This document shows positions 42,239 through 54,636 of a stretch of 64,000 bases of DNA, one piece after another. Origin of the DNA: Octopus vulgaris (Eukaryota). Each line of letters starts with the position of its first letter. Within the stretch, counting starts at the first letter, position 1. The notes beneath the pieces were generated by a model. The model made no database searches and had not been told where the DNA came from. It was given only the letters and a program-made list of their open reading frames with translations. A program made the position numbers and the translations under genes. The DNA is taken from contig OX597819.1 in the NCBI GenBank assembly GCA_951406725.2, positions 87,234,001-87,298,000 of the forward strand. The letters run 5' to 3'.

Positions 42239-42271
42239 ACCCGCGCGTAGAGCGGGTCACCTTAAGCTAGT
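42239..42271 (+). mobile_element. Helitron 3' terminus
   Basis: Hairpin acccgc-gcgtaga-gcgggt followed 9 nt later by CTAG|T. Confidence 0.65.
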
Positions 42272-43475
42272 ATCATATTTTGTTTTAATATCTACCATTA
42301 ATAATTTACTAAGCTTAAAGCCCCCATCTTCAGCCTCACGGTAGCGCGCCGGAGCTGCGGGCGAAGGCGGGAGAAGGCGGGCGCAGGCCCGCCGCTATAG
42401 GCCGATACCTGCACTGGCCGCAGTTTGTCATCTTTCGGGAATTTACGGGACGGACCACGTCGCCATATCGAAAGCCTGTACCTCGCAGCATCGGTCGCGG
42501 CTACGTCCACGCGTACGTGGGTGATACCTATTAGAACCTAAATTTGTATCCATAACCTTATCCGTTATTCATTTACTACTTGTCCTCACTAAATTCATCT
42601 GGTGTGTATCTCATTACCGTTTTAGTCTTTTTTTTTGTATTTATATATTAAACTCGGAACACATTAAATAATTCCAATGTATTGTAGTATCCAATCGACA
42701 ATAATATATAAACATATATATATAAAGTAAATTGTCGTATATTTCCTTTTCAGTTTCTTTTTCACTTTTGTTATTTTCAATCTAAATATCATACCCGGTG
42801 CACATATTAAATATTAAATATTTTTATAGTAAATCATCTTTAAATGAGAACATCGATATAATCTTCACTTACACACTCCTTACAATCATTTATTTCACTT
42901 ACATTCTGGTTTAATATCTATCATTAATAATTTACTAAACATGAATCTCCATTAATTAGATACTTATTAAAATCTGAATTTATATCTATAACTTTAATCA
43001 TTAAACCTTATTTACTTAGTAATATATAGATAATATCCCATTACCTACATTTTTGCTATATCCGTTTTCTTTATTACTTTATCACACCCAAGCGAACATT
43101 CGTATAATTCATAACTCTTCCTTTCAAATAGTACAGTGTTTGCTATTTGATTCATGTCTGGTACATTGGATCAATTCATTGAGTAATTTATGTATTGCTT
43201 GCTATAGTTTTAGATCAGCTATATTTATCTGTACCAACCTATTCTATCTTCATACTGCTACCTACTTAGTCAACAGCTTGTATACTGCCTCAGCTTTGTA
43301 ACCTGTACCACTGATATATAAGCATGAAGTTATACCGTGACCAGGCATTCTTGAAACTAAAAAGTAGGTAAACGCTCAGAGCTTCGTTTTGCTTACACTG
43401 TTGGATTATGCAATGAGCTAAATTGCTTTTTTCTCCCCCTCTCTCTCTCTTTACAGACCTAAATCTGCAATTGTC

Positions 43476-45339
43476 ATGGTGCGACACTACAAACGCAAAA
43501 GCGAGAGGGCAACCCTTCCACAGGATGTAATCCAACAGGCTATTCAACAGGTCCGAGCTCGTGTCAGCTCCTTGCGGGAAGCTTCGAGGACATTTGGCAT
43601 TTCTGTCTCGCTACTGCTCCAAGGCTTCCGAAGCAAACAACAACGATCACAGTCTTAATGAATACAAAAAGCCACGGCAAGTTCTCACCGACGAGTTCGA
43701 GAATCAGTTAGAGGCTTATGTTTTGGCTGCCGCAGAAATTTACTATGGGCTTGCTCCAAAGGATGTGCGGAAATTGGCTTTTCAGATGGCAAAGGCACAT
43801 GGATGTAATATCCCTTCAGCCTGACAGGAGCCAGAAATGGCAGGTGAAGACTGGTTCTCTGGATATCTTCAATGACACAAGAATTTATCCATAAGTCCAC
43901 AGGCAACAAGCTTGGCACGAGCAACAAGTTTCAGCAAGACAAATGTTGCTGTTTTTCAACCAACTTGCTGAGGTGATGCTTCGGTATAAATTTGATCCAT
44001 TCAATATCTACAACATGGATGAAACTGGCATAACAACTGTGCAGCGCCCCGATAGAATTATTGCCAGAAAAAGCAAGTGGTAAAAATGACATGTGCGGAG
44101 AGGGGAACTCTGGTCACATTGACATGCTGTGTAAATGCCGCTGGAAACAGCATACCATAGTTTTTTGTCTTTCCCCGGAAGAACCTTAGGTCACATTTCC
44201 TGAACAACGGACCATCAGGCAGCGATGGAGGTACTAATCCATCTGGTTGGATGTGTGAGGAGCAGTTTGTGAAATTCCTTCAACACTTTATGAGGAATGT
44301 GAAATGTTCAAAGAAGTCACCGTGCCTTCTCTTGTTGGACAATTGCGATTCCCACCTTAGTATCGAGGGGCTGACTTATGCCTCAGACAATGGCATCACC
44401 ATGCTTTCTTTCCCACCTCACTGCACACACAGGTTACAACCGTTGGACAAAGCGGTCAATGGACCACTGAAGAATACAAAAACACTGCCATTGATGACTG
44501 GCATATCAACCATCCTGGCCAGACCATGACCATTTATGACATTCCGTATATTGTCAAAACTGCATGGCCAACTACAGGAATATACCCTTTTGATCGCAAC
44601 ATTTCTACAGACAGCGACTTTGCACCAAGCCATGTCACTGACCGACCTGATCCTGCACTTTCAGCACCTAGGCCTTCAGCACCTGCAACACATGGGCCTT
44701 CAAGCAACATAGTTGCCAGGTTTTTTCTTTTACCATTTCAAACCCGTCCACTACCCAAAGCAGGCCTAGGAAAGAATCAACCAGAAGAAGAAAGAAACGT
44801 TGTTCTGAAACCGTCACTGACTCGCCGGTTAAAAGAGCAATCATAGAAGAAAAGACAAAAAGTAAAAGTAAAAAGAAGACAAACATTGATAAAGGAACGA
44901 TAGGAAAGGGACTCAGTAAGGGCAGGTCAACGAAGGGAAAAGGTCCAACTGTTAAGAAAAAAGTTCAAATTCAAGAAAGTGATACCTCTGATGAGGAAGA
45001 GTGCTATTGCTTAGTGTGCTGCGAGCCTTTTTTCAACAGCAAAGGAAGGGAAGTGTGGCTTCAATGCTCTGATTGCAAAGGTTGGGTTCACGAGGCATGC
45101 ACTCCAAATCTGACAATATTCACATGCCCATATTGTGACTCAGATGATGATATGTAATGAAACCGTAATAAAAGCCCTTCAGCAAACCAACAAGCTTATA
45201 TCATGTGTTTCTGTCCACTAACATGTATGTTCCAAGAAAATGCATTCATGTGTCAACATACCCCATTATAGTGGTCTTAAATAGTATTACTGTCTGTGAA
45301 AATGTGAAAAATATAGTCAACTAACCCCGGTCTCCCCTA
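43476..45339 (+). pseudogene. Pogo/Tigger-like DDE transposase (psq-HTH, CENP-B HTH, DDE_1, C-terminal PHD finger), disrupted; right TIR present
   Basis: MVRHYKRK..SLREASRTFGI, IYNMDETG, LLLDNCDSH and PPHCTHRLQPLD motifs, plus C-x2-C...WLQC-x2-C-x2-WVH-x2-C...C-x2-C ending at stop ~45157. There are multiple stops and frameshifts. The right end is gtcaactaaccccggtctccccta. Confidence 0.88.
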
Positions 45340-45609
45340 CTTTGTTGTCAGCTGGGCATGCTATATCTATGATCCAGCATAGTTTGATTTCTTTCTCAAT
45401 TAGCACTATGTCCGACTTCCTATTCTCTACCTCATGGTCGCACTGAATTATAAAATCCCATTTTCGATGATACCTTCAGGTTTGAGGTTGGCTTCTCGTT
45501 GTACTTTTATATCTGAACTGTAATAATATCAAACGTTCCTGATGTTCTCTTATTACTCGCCAACTGTGTATCTTCAACAAGCACTCCATGACATCTCTAT
45601 ACAATAATT

Positions 45610-46370
45610 CCTACGCATCACCCCTCCCGAACAACTGGGCAAAGTGCTTGTAAAAGACTTCACACATCTCGTTTTGTCCTTCGATCAAACGATCGTGTTC
45701 GTCAACCAAAGACCTAATTGTGGCATCATTGCCACGCTGGGTCTCTACCGAACGGGCCCACCTGGCTACGTTAATTTCCTCGCAGCTCAATGCACAAACT
45801 TTAGTTCGAAACCTACACCCCACGTGTTTGGCTTTGAGGTGCCGCTGTAAGGCCGATCTTGCTGCCAGCACTTGGGATGCAGAGCCCAGTTTTCACGCCT
45901 CTTCTAAGTCTTGTCTAGGTTCCCTTCTATTCTGGCCTTATCTAAACTTAGCTGCTGGCTAAATCTAATCGACTTGAGTCGAATGGCTCGCTTGGGGACA
46001 AACCACCATCTGTTATTTACCACAGTGTCGGTTAATGCCCTCATGACTAACTTTTTAATCCGGCTACGGTATGTCTCGCAAGTCAAAATAGACTTGTTAA
46101 GCTTCCAGTAGCCGGATACCTGTTTATGAACTCTATTTATGTTCATCCTACACGCCACTAGCTTGTGATCCGTGAAGGAGACCAGAAAAACTGTGGACAA
46201 CTAAAACTAGGCTTAACTCTAGTGCGTATCATTATCCTATCTATAGCGAACTGCCAGCTGGAATCGCATAAGCAGATCGATGAGGCGTAAGTTTTTCCTC
46301 CTATCAGGTGAGCCAACGCAATCCAGGGTGTTTAAACTTGATCCGAATTTTCGGATCAAGTTTAAACACC
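45610..46370 (-). mobile_element. Tx1/L1-clade LINE fragment (end of APE endonuclease and linker)
   Basis: FTDHKLV, GYWKLNKSIL and FYKHFAQLF. Confidence 0.75.
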
Positions 46371-46662
46371 CTGGGCCAGGAACATTAAAACCATATATTG
46401 GTTATCCAAAAATATACAAAAAACAATTCTACAATTCCAACCACCACTACAACCACGACCACCACGATCACTACTACTGCAAACAACGGTCCCTGCTACT
46501 GCTGCTATTATAGCCAACGATCACTTCCACTACTACTACTACTTCTATAGCCAATGAACTACTGCTACAACTCCAAACACCACTACCACCACGGTCACTA
46601 CTACTACTACGACCAACAGTCTCTGCTACTGCTGCTATTACAACCAACGGTCTCTTCCACTT

Positions 46663-46707
<45 letters not shown>

Positions 46708-46839
46708 ACTACAGCCAATGGACTGCTGCTTCAACTCCAACCACCACTACGACCATGGTCACTACTACTACGACCAACGGTCTTTACTACTGCTGCTATT
46801 ACGGCCAACGGTCACTTCCACTACCACAGACAACGATTC

Positions 46840-47785
46840 CAGTCAGCAAGTGTTCACGGTTTTCTGCTAGTCGGGCAACGCGGCCGGTGAAAGTTCTACC
46901 ATGGCGTTCTATACAGGATTACTGGAGAGAAAGAGCGACGACGTACTCGGGGAGACTCTGGACGTCGAGAGGGATCAACTAACTGGTCTTTCCTGGAGGA
47001 CTTTCGGGCCAGGCACTATGGATAACTTCCAGAAATCCCTGGCCTTGCAGTGCTACCGGGGATCTCTGCCGGTTCGAGACAAGCTCCACAGACATGGAGG
47101 TGATGTCAAACGGAATTGTCCGAGGTGTGCGCAGGGCGATGAAGCCGTCCGGCATGCACTCGTCCAGTATCCGTGCATTACTGACCTGTGGAGCTTTGTC
47201 GTACAGCTTTGCCACGTGTAGGACGGATCCGATTATCAGCCGAATCCATTGTGAGGATCGCCCCGCTACCTTCTTTTGGCCGGTTGGGTAAGGCAGTTTT
47301 CCTCTGCCAGGTGGCTACAGCGAAAGCGGTAGTGTGGTGGATGAGGCTGAAAGGACTCAAGAAAGACACTCTCCTCTTCAGCCGAGCCCTCGTCGACTTT
47401 TTCAAGTTCCACTTGAAAATGAAAGTGATGGTAGAGAAGTAAGCACTGCTCCGCAGTAATTTTGTTGAAAGGTGGCTGAATGTTGCGAAAATGACTCGTG
47501 TGAATGGGCCTACTCTGAATATTCGTCTGTAAGCCGAAACACTTAAGCAGGAGACAGGTGCCTACGTAGCGTGCCCTTGACAGTCGGGGTGACCAGGCTG
47601 TGTGGAGTGCACTGGGTGGCCCTAGGTGGAACTCTCCGCTATTGAGGAATTTTGTTGTTTAATGCTTTGCTATTTTTTTTTGTTTTTTTACTGTTTACAC
47701 GTTTTCTGTTTTAAAGTCTACCTGTCCCTTGTTTTATTTTCTCCTTATGTATTTTTGTGTTCGGCCCTTGTGGCCAATAAGGAAA
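46840..47785 (+). mobile_element. Tx1/L1-clade LINE 3' fragment (zf-RVT/CCHC region and 3' UTR)
   Basis: LPVRDKLHRHG...CPRC....EAVRHAL, followed by a T-rich 3' UTR ending ccaataagg. Confidence 0.75.
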
Positions 47786-47823
47786 GGATTATTGTTGTTG
47801 TTATTATCATTATTATTATTATT

Positions 47824-47855
<32 letters not shown>

Positions 47856-47889
47856 TATTCTATTATTATTATTATTATTCAGTAGTTTT

Positions 47890-48560
47890 ATTTTATTTTT
47901 ATAGCGTGCTTTCACTTCACTACCGAGCGCAGCTCTGTGTGCCTTGGGTATGTGCTGTGATTTGTTGTGATGCTCTGATGGTTATTGTATGGAAAGTGTT
48001 CTGCGTAGGATGTGTGCAGTGCCTAGTAGTGCAATTTTCTGTATGTTATATGTGTTTGTAAGTCCTGGTGTTTTTGTTATGTATTTGTCTGAATATTTTT
48101 TATCATGCCTAATGCACCTACTATGATAGGAATTGTTTCTGTTTTCAGGTTCCACATTCTAGTTATCTCTATTTCCAGGTCTTTGTATTTTGAGAGTTTC
48201 TCCATTTCTTTTAGAGACACGTTGTCATCTGCCGGTATTGATACATCAATTAGAAAGCATTTTTTTCTTCATGATCTCTGACAACTATATCTGGTCTGTT
48301 GGCCTTAATTTCTCTATCTGTGTGTATTAGCATATCCCAGAGTATGGTTGCTTTCTCGTTTTCTGTGACCTTTTCTGGTGTGTGCCTATACCATCTTTTT
48401 TCTGTTGTTATTCCATAATGTAGGCATAGCTTCCAATGTATATAGGTTCCAACTCTGTCATGTCTGTGAATATATTCCTTCTTAGCCAGGACTGGGCAGC
48501 TAGAGATAATATGATTTATTGTTTCTTGTCCATCTCCACATATTCTGCAGTTACTTGTAA
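47890..48560 (-). mobile_element. R4/Dong-like LINE 3' fragment (CCHC + restriction-like endonuclease) at a (TAA)n tract
   Basis: CRIC....ETINHIISSC, RHD and ILWD...ANRPDIV. (ATT)n lies at the 3' side and a short ATT run at the 5' side. Confidence 0.85.
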
Positions 48561-51074
48561 TTATTATTTTTTTTTTTTTTTTTTTTTCATTTTTAACTCG
48601 CAGTGTGTTATGACGTTTGATCAATAATCTGATCTCCATAACGAACATGTGAATATCTGCTTAATAACATGGATTTCTGCTCTTTAAAGCTTCAAGCCAT
48701 GATATCCTAGCAAGCTCCTATTACTATAGAAGTGACATTATTTTTAAAAGACCCGTTAAATACGTTGTTAAAGAATGTATAATGTTTTAATTAAATTTAA
48801 GGATGAATTAACCAACATTTTATGGGTGGATTGTGGGACCAAGCGCCATTATTATTAGTTTCGTTGTTGTTGCTGTTGCTGTTATTAGTAATATTAAAGT
48901 TGCGAGATGGCAGAAACGTTGCAGCGTCGAACAAAAATGCGATGTGGAATTCTTCCGGCTCTTAACATTCTGAGTTCAAATCTCGCCAAGATCGACTTTG
49001 CCTTCCATCCTTTTGAGATCGATAAAATAAATACCAGTTAAGTACTAGAATCAATGTAATCAACTTGCCTTCTTTCAAACTTAATGATTTTGTGAGAAAA
49101 TTAGAAAGAATTATTATTACTAATATTGTTGTGGTTGTTATTGTTGTCAATGTGGTGTCTTGTCTGAATCATTACATCATCGGGAAAATGTTTTGCGATA
49201 TTTCTTCTGGTTTTTACATTCTGAAATCAAATACCGCCGAGGTCAACTTTACCTTTCTTCGTTTCGGAGTGATAAAATTAAGTACCAATCACGCACGGCG
49301 ATCGATAGTATTGACATTTCAAAATTGCTGGCCTTGTACTTAGATTAAAAAGCAATTATTATCATCATCTTTATTACCTTTCAGTGTTATATGACGCTTG
49401 ATTAAATCCGGAATAGTATTAACACTCTTGTTCTGAATTAAAACGCGACCGATATTTGATTTCCCATTTACGCCCTTACAGATGATATAAACACAGCCGA
49501 ATCAGTTCACAATATCACTCTTCAACACATCTGTGACCCTACACGCGCGAAAAATTAATATTATTTAATCATCATCAAATCCGATTCTCTAGTTATGCTC
49601 TAGGTTTTAGGATCATTGGAGAGAATAATCATATATACAAATATACAGCTGCTTAGTAACTGCTCTAACGAAGTAGGTTAAATAAAATTATTCCAACGGG
49701 AAACTGAAACCTTGCTGTAAAATTGGTTCAATAGCTTCTATTTGTCAGTAATCATTTTGAATTTCAAAAATATATCTTTTGGGGGCGTTTTAAACTTATA
49801 GATTGTGATCTGGGTGCATCTGTTAATGAAATATTATTCTATCTACTGACACAAGAACCATTAGCTTAATTTGTTTTGTTTTGTTGTTCTCGGTTTTTTT
49901 TTTTTTAAATATCAAAGAAAATATAGTAAGAAATGAAGTAAAAGACAGAAAGGAGAATGAAACAAAACGAGTTCTCTGAGACTTTAAAATAATTAAGCTT
50001 AGGTACTGAATATCAAGTTTATCTAAGATAATTTTGGGGAAAAAAAACGTTTTGATACCTGTAATGAGCAATGATGTTCTTGAAATATAAGTGAAATGAT
50101 GAGGTTCAAATTTAAAATGGTTTGCAGACTCAGTTAATCTACGATTTATACTATCACAATATATCACCTATAATTGCCTATGTGACAAATGCGTCCTAAC
50201 GGAGCATGAGGCATATAAATTTTGAGGTAGAAAACGTGATGTTTTTGTATTCATAACTTTCAGAAGATTATTAGTAATATAAATTGAGGCATTCCAACTT
50301 GGAATAAGAATCGGATAGTGATGATGATTTGCTAGGAACATGCAATAGCACAACAGTTGAATTTTATTTTTATTTTTCTGGATATTTTCGATATAATTAA
50401 AGAGATAACACTTTTATGATCACAATGAACATGTTAATACCCACTTCGTAATATGGATTTCTGCTGCATACATCATTGAAGCATTGATGCCCTAGCAAGA
50501 TCTTATTATTACAGAAGATAAATTGCTATTAAAACATCGTCATTAATTATCTCATTAACTACCTTGTCCGAATAATAAGAAAATTAACATAAATTAACCA
50601 ACAACTTTTTTTTTTTTGCAAAAGTCATCTGTTTATTAACAATGAAACTGGTTTCATAGAAACATTATTCCAGCCTGTATTTTTATAATTTTTTTAATCA
50701 ATAAAAAAACAAAAAAGCATCTTTTTTTCTTTAGATTTCTGAGATCGTGACATATCTTACATTTTATGTTGATATTTTCGTATCTCCTTTTTAAAGCAAG
50801 CAACCATTCTATTTAGGTCTTTTTCTACTGCTACCCAATGCTTAGCAGATAGTCAGCGGATTGCTTTATCTTATTTAAAAAAAGAGAACTGAAGTCCAGT
50901 TGTATCAAATTTATTTTTCTTTTGTTTTATTGTTCAGTTTATATTTTCATGGACATATATTTTTAGTTTTAGTTTTTTCGTAAGAAACATAATTATATAT
51001 AGTCATACATTTATGCCTCAAAGTAAACATCTAAAAGTTAAAATTTTAATGTCTGTCCAGAAAAGCAATCTAAT

Positions 51075-51737
51075 TTATTTGTCACCAAATCCACGCTTGT
51101 CTCCAAAACCCCGTTTATCACCAAAGCCACGTTTATCACCAAAGCCTCTCTTGTCACCAAATCCACGTTTATCTCCAAATCCACGTTTATCACCAAAACC
51201 TCTCCCAACAACCATGAATCGTTTGTCACCAAATCCTCTTTTATCGCCAAATCCCCTTTTATCACCAAATCCCCTTTTGTCATCGATACTTCTGTCTAAA
51301 AGTTCAAGGTAGTCAGGGTTAGAAAAAATTGATTTTTCCAGTAATTGATTATCATCAAGCCCTCTTTTATCTCCAAATCCGCGAGCGAAGAGTTCAATTC
51401 CTTGTATTTCAGGTGATCCTTCTCTCTCGTAGCTTATTTCAGCTAAACGTTTGTCACCGAATCCTCTAGTTTCTAATAAAATGGGTCGAATATTCCCATC
51501 TCGTTTATCTCCGAAACCGCGTTTGGTAGTTAGACTCCTTCCAATGATGCCAGACTTGAGCGCTTTTTCCATGGTAAGTAGTCTGTCTTTGTTGAGTTCT
51601 TTAGCTTCTTCATGATTGTGCAATGATAGAAGCTGCCTGCTGTTGTAATTTCCGCTATTATAGCTGCGGCAAATTTGGATGGAGAGAGTAAGAAACAAAG
51701 CAAATAACAAGGAACTGTAATTCTTATGTCCCACCAT
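51075..51737 (-). CDS. Achatin-family neuropeptide precursor (13 x GFGD; Octopus cardioactive peptide Ocp-1/Ocp-2 type), 220 aa
   Basis: ATG at 51737 is followed by a hydrophobic signal peptide (MVGHKNYSSLLFALFLTLSIQICRS). There are 13 GFGD copies flanked by KR or single R convertase sites, with no Gly amide donor (free-acid peptides, like achatin GFAD). Repeat units differ at synonymous positions while keeping the peptide. The ORF-track start at 51818 is a non-ATG codon lying in the upstream intron. Confidence 0.93.
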   Translation of the reverse strand: MVGHKNYSSLLFALFLTLSIQICRSYNSGNYNSRQLLSLHNHEEAKELNKDRLLTMEKALKSGIIGRSLTTKRGFGDKRDGNIRPILLETRGFGDKRLAEISYEREGSPEIQGIELFARGFGDKRGLDDNQLLEKSIFSNPDYLELLDRSIDDKRGFGDKRGFGDKRGFGDKRFMVVGRGFGDKRGFGDKRGFGDKRGFGDKRGFGDKRGFGDKRGFGDK

Positions 51738-51807
51738 TGCTTGGCAGGATTGGTGAATCTTCAGCACAGTCAAAAGAGAGAGCGAGAGCGTTCGAAACGA
51801 GACAAAC

Positions 51808-51830
51808 CTGAAAAACAAAAAGGAGAAAAT
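51808..51830 (-). other. Splice acceptor (polypyrimidine tract + CAG) of the coding exon; implies an upstream non-coding exon
   Basis: The minus strand reads attttctcctttttgtttttcAG|gtttgtctc, 70 nt upstream of the ATG. Confidence 0.7.
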
Positions 51831-52623
51831 AGTTTAATATAAGGATTTCTTACATAGGGACAAGCCCAATCATTCTTTCTTTCTTTCTTTCTTTCTTTTT
51901 TCTTTTCGTTTTTTTTTTTCTTTACTGGCACTTTATTTCACTGAACCCACAAGAAAAAATATAAAGTCATCCTCTATAGATTTTGAACTCAGAATGTAAA
52001 AGAGAGAAAATAAAATTGTACAAACTTATTGCTCTAATTAATTTCACCGAATTTCTAACACTTTGTAGAAAGAGATGTCGTCGATTTCATGGGCTCTAGT
52101 ACCTTACTGGTATACCTTCTATCAGCCGTAGAAAGATTATGACAAGGTATTTTGTGTGACGATCTGTTCTTTCTACGGTTATTTAGCGCTCTTTTGGGGG
52201 GTAACTGGCATGGTTGTTAACTGTGATCCTATTGCAAATTTAAAACACTGTTCTCTTTATTTACTATAATTACTAATTCAATGAAATCTAATGAATGCAC
52301 ATATCTACACACAGACACACACACACGCACATACCCAAATGTGCGCATAATGTATGAATACAAGTAGCTGAGTACATATGTTTCAACAATAAAGTTTGAA
52401 AAAACTTTCTCCTGATGCTGACTTTCTTTTTTTCTTTCTTTCCTTCTGTTTTCTTTCGTTCTTTCTTTCTCTTTTTCGTTTTCTTTCGTCCTTTCTTTCT
52501 ATTTTCTATCTTTCTTTTTTCTTTCGTTCTTTCTTTCTCCATTTTTTCTTTCGTCTTTTCTTTTTTCTTTCGTCTTTTCTTTTTTCTTTCGTTCTTTCTT
52601 TGTTTCTTCTATTATTATTATTA

Positions 52624-52687
<64 letters not shown>

Positions 52688-52926
52688 GTTGATAAATGAA
52701 CTCTCAGTTTATTTTACAGGATGTGCTGGAAAGTGTCAGCTGTCCACAGCCAATAGACTAAGGTAACACTTGATTACTGATCATGCTTGAAGAACATTGC
52801 AGTTCCAAGCAATAATACTTTTTGTAGGCATTCTATCTTTACATTTCTACCCATTTTTTTGGAGCTAATTTTGTAGTTGAGTACTGATACTTCCAAACGC
52901 GCCAGTCACTCTTAGTATCACGTCCA

Positions 52927-52975
<49 letters not shown>

Positions 52976-53526
52976 GAGTGAGAGAGCAGTTCATGCCATC
53001 AAAGTGACACTGGGGTAAAATATACGAAGCCCAATATACCCATCATGACTACCCGTCTGATAAAGGTACACCAGGCACATGCATCACAACCATATGTGCG
53101 CGATATGGTGATCTCATATCAAGATAAACAGCACATGACCTTGCAGGTGGGGCCCAGTTAGAATTTTCTTCAGGTTGAGTAGCCCATCCCGCTCAAACGG
53201 TCCCTGAATAAGGGTTGTTTAAGGACATTGAATGAAACACCCAGGTTTCTAGAGGTGAATTATTCAAACCCTAAAGAATCCCTCTCAACACATGGCTATG
53301 ATGCTCCCCCACTACTTCTGCTCGTGATCAGAGATGCACATATCGTCAGCCACTAAGGGACATGCTCAACTGGTTAAGGTCAAACAACTGACAAGCAAAT
53401 CTGTGGTATTGAGCAGAATATTTGCTGTAGCCCATCTTTTATACCAAGACAAAACAATGTACATGATAACACTTCCAATCAGTTAAGATCAGAAGCCATG
53501 AGAGCCACTGCATGGAACTGCATCAG

Positions 53527-53528
<2 letters not shown>
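52976..53528. mobile_element. ~550-bp non-coding insertion splitting an (ATT)n microsatellite
   Basis: Pure (ATT)n lies directly on both sides (52928-52975 and 53527-53601). Confidence 0.6.
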
Positions 53529-53603
<75 letters not shown>

Positions 53604-53992
53604 GGCGGTGAGCTGGCAGAATCGTTAGCGCGCTGGACGAAATGCTGAGCGGTATTTCGCCTGTTGCTACGTTCTGAGTTCAAATTCCGCCGAGGTCGAC
53701 TTTATCTTTCGTCCTTCCGAAGTACAAAGAATTATTCATCATCATCATCATCATTATCTTGCAGTGCTTACACAACAACTAAAGAAAGAGAAAAATTCAT
53801 TTGTTGTAAAACAAATTTTAGAGGGTGAAATATTTGTAAATTAAGACATTCTAAAGCAAATGTATCATTGCTATTACTGTTGTCGTTCTTGTTATTATTA
53901 TTGTTGATGTTTAGTCTCAGATCAACCCTGCCGTGTGAGTATCCCACATTTTAGTGATATCTATGACTACTTTAGGTAAAAAAAAAAAAAAT

Positions 53993-54230
53993 TATCTTCT
54001 CGAGTTATGCCGACTCATAAGAGCCGGTTTCTCGGTTTTCATGGCGTATAAAATTTCCACCTAGACGGGACGTCGTTCCGTCGCAGGATAACTCATTTTT
54101 ACCAGCTGATTGGACTGGAACAACATGAAATGAAGTGTTTTGCTCAAGAAGTGTTTTGCTCCCGGTATCGAAACCACAATCTTACGATCATGAGTCCAAC
54201 ACCCTAACCACTAATCCACGTGCCTCCACT
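53993..54230 (-). mobile_element. tRNA-derived SINE
   Basis: Minus-strand head ggaggcacgtggattagtggttagggtgttggactc...ggtttcgatacc. Confidence 0.7.
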
Positions 54231-54636
54231 ATGACTGCTTTAGAGGTATCTGTGACTAGGTTATCCCGTGTGCCCACTCTATTTTTTTAAAGCTGTTAGC
54301 TAGGATTTGAGAAAAATTTCGCTGTTCTTTTCTCGCAAGTGTAGTAGCGCTATCGTTGAGGCATTTGACCCTGCAGAAACATCTTCATTGTGTCAGATAT
54401 TGTTGATGATGATGATGATATTGCAGTTGCGACTGTTGTTGTTATGGCTGTTTGTATATCAACTCCAATACGTTGTTTTGTTACTACCTATACAAAGAGA
54501 CCGTTGCGGAGAGGAATAGATGACGTACTGGGTTGCAAATACATAATGCGGGTGCTACTTTTGTTGTTAGAGTTGATGCACAGCACTGATGGAGCAGGTC
54601 TAGAACGAAAGATATTTTAAAGCCTTGACCATGCAT

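Noticed and set aside
51013-51312. Plus-strand ORF with LSPNPR/LSPKPR repeats and an alternative-frame minus ORF (51038-51283)
   Set aside because: These are antisense and frame shadows of the GFGDKR repeats. Only the GFGD frame has a signal peptide and synonymous-only variation.
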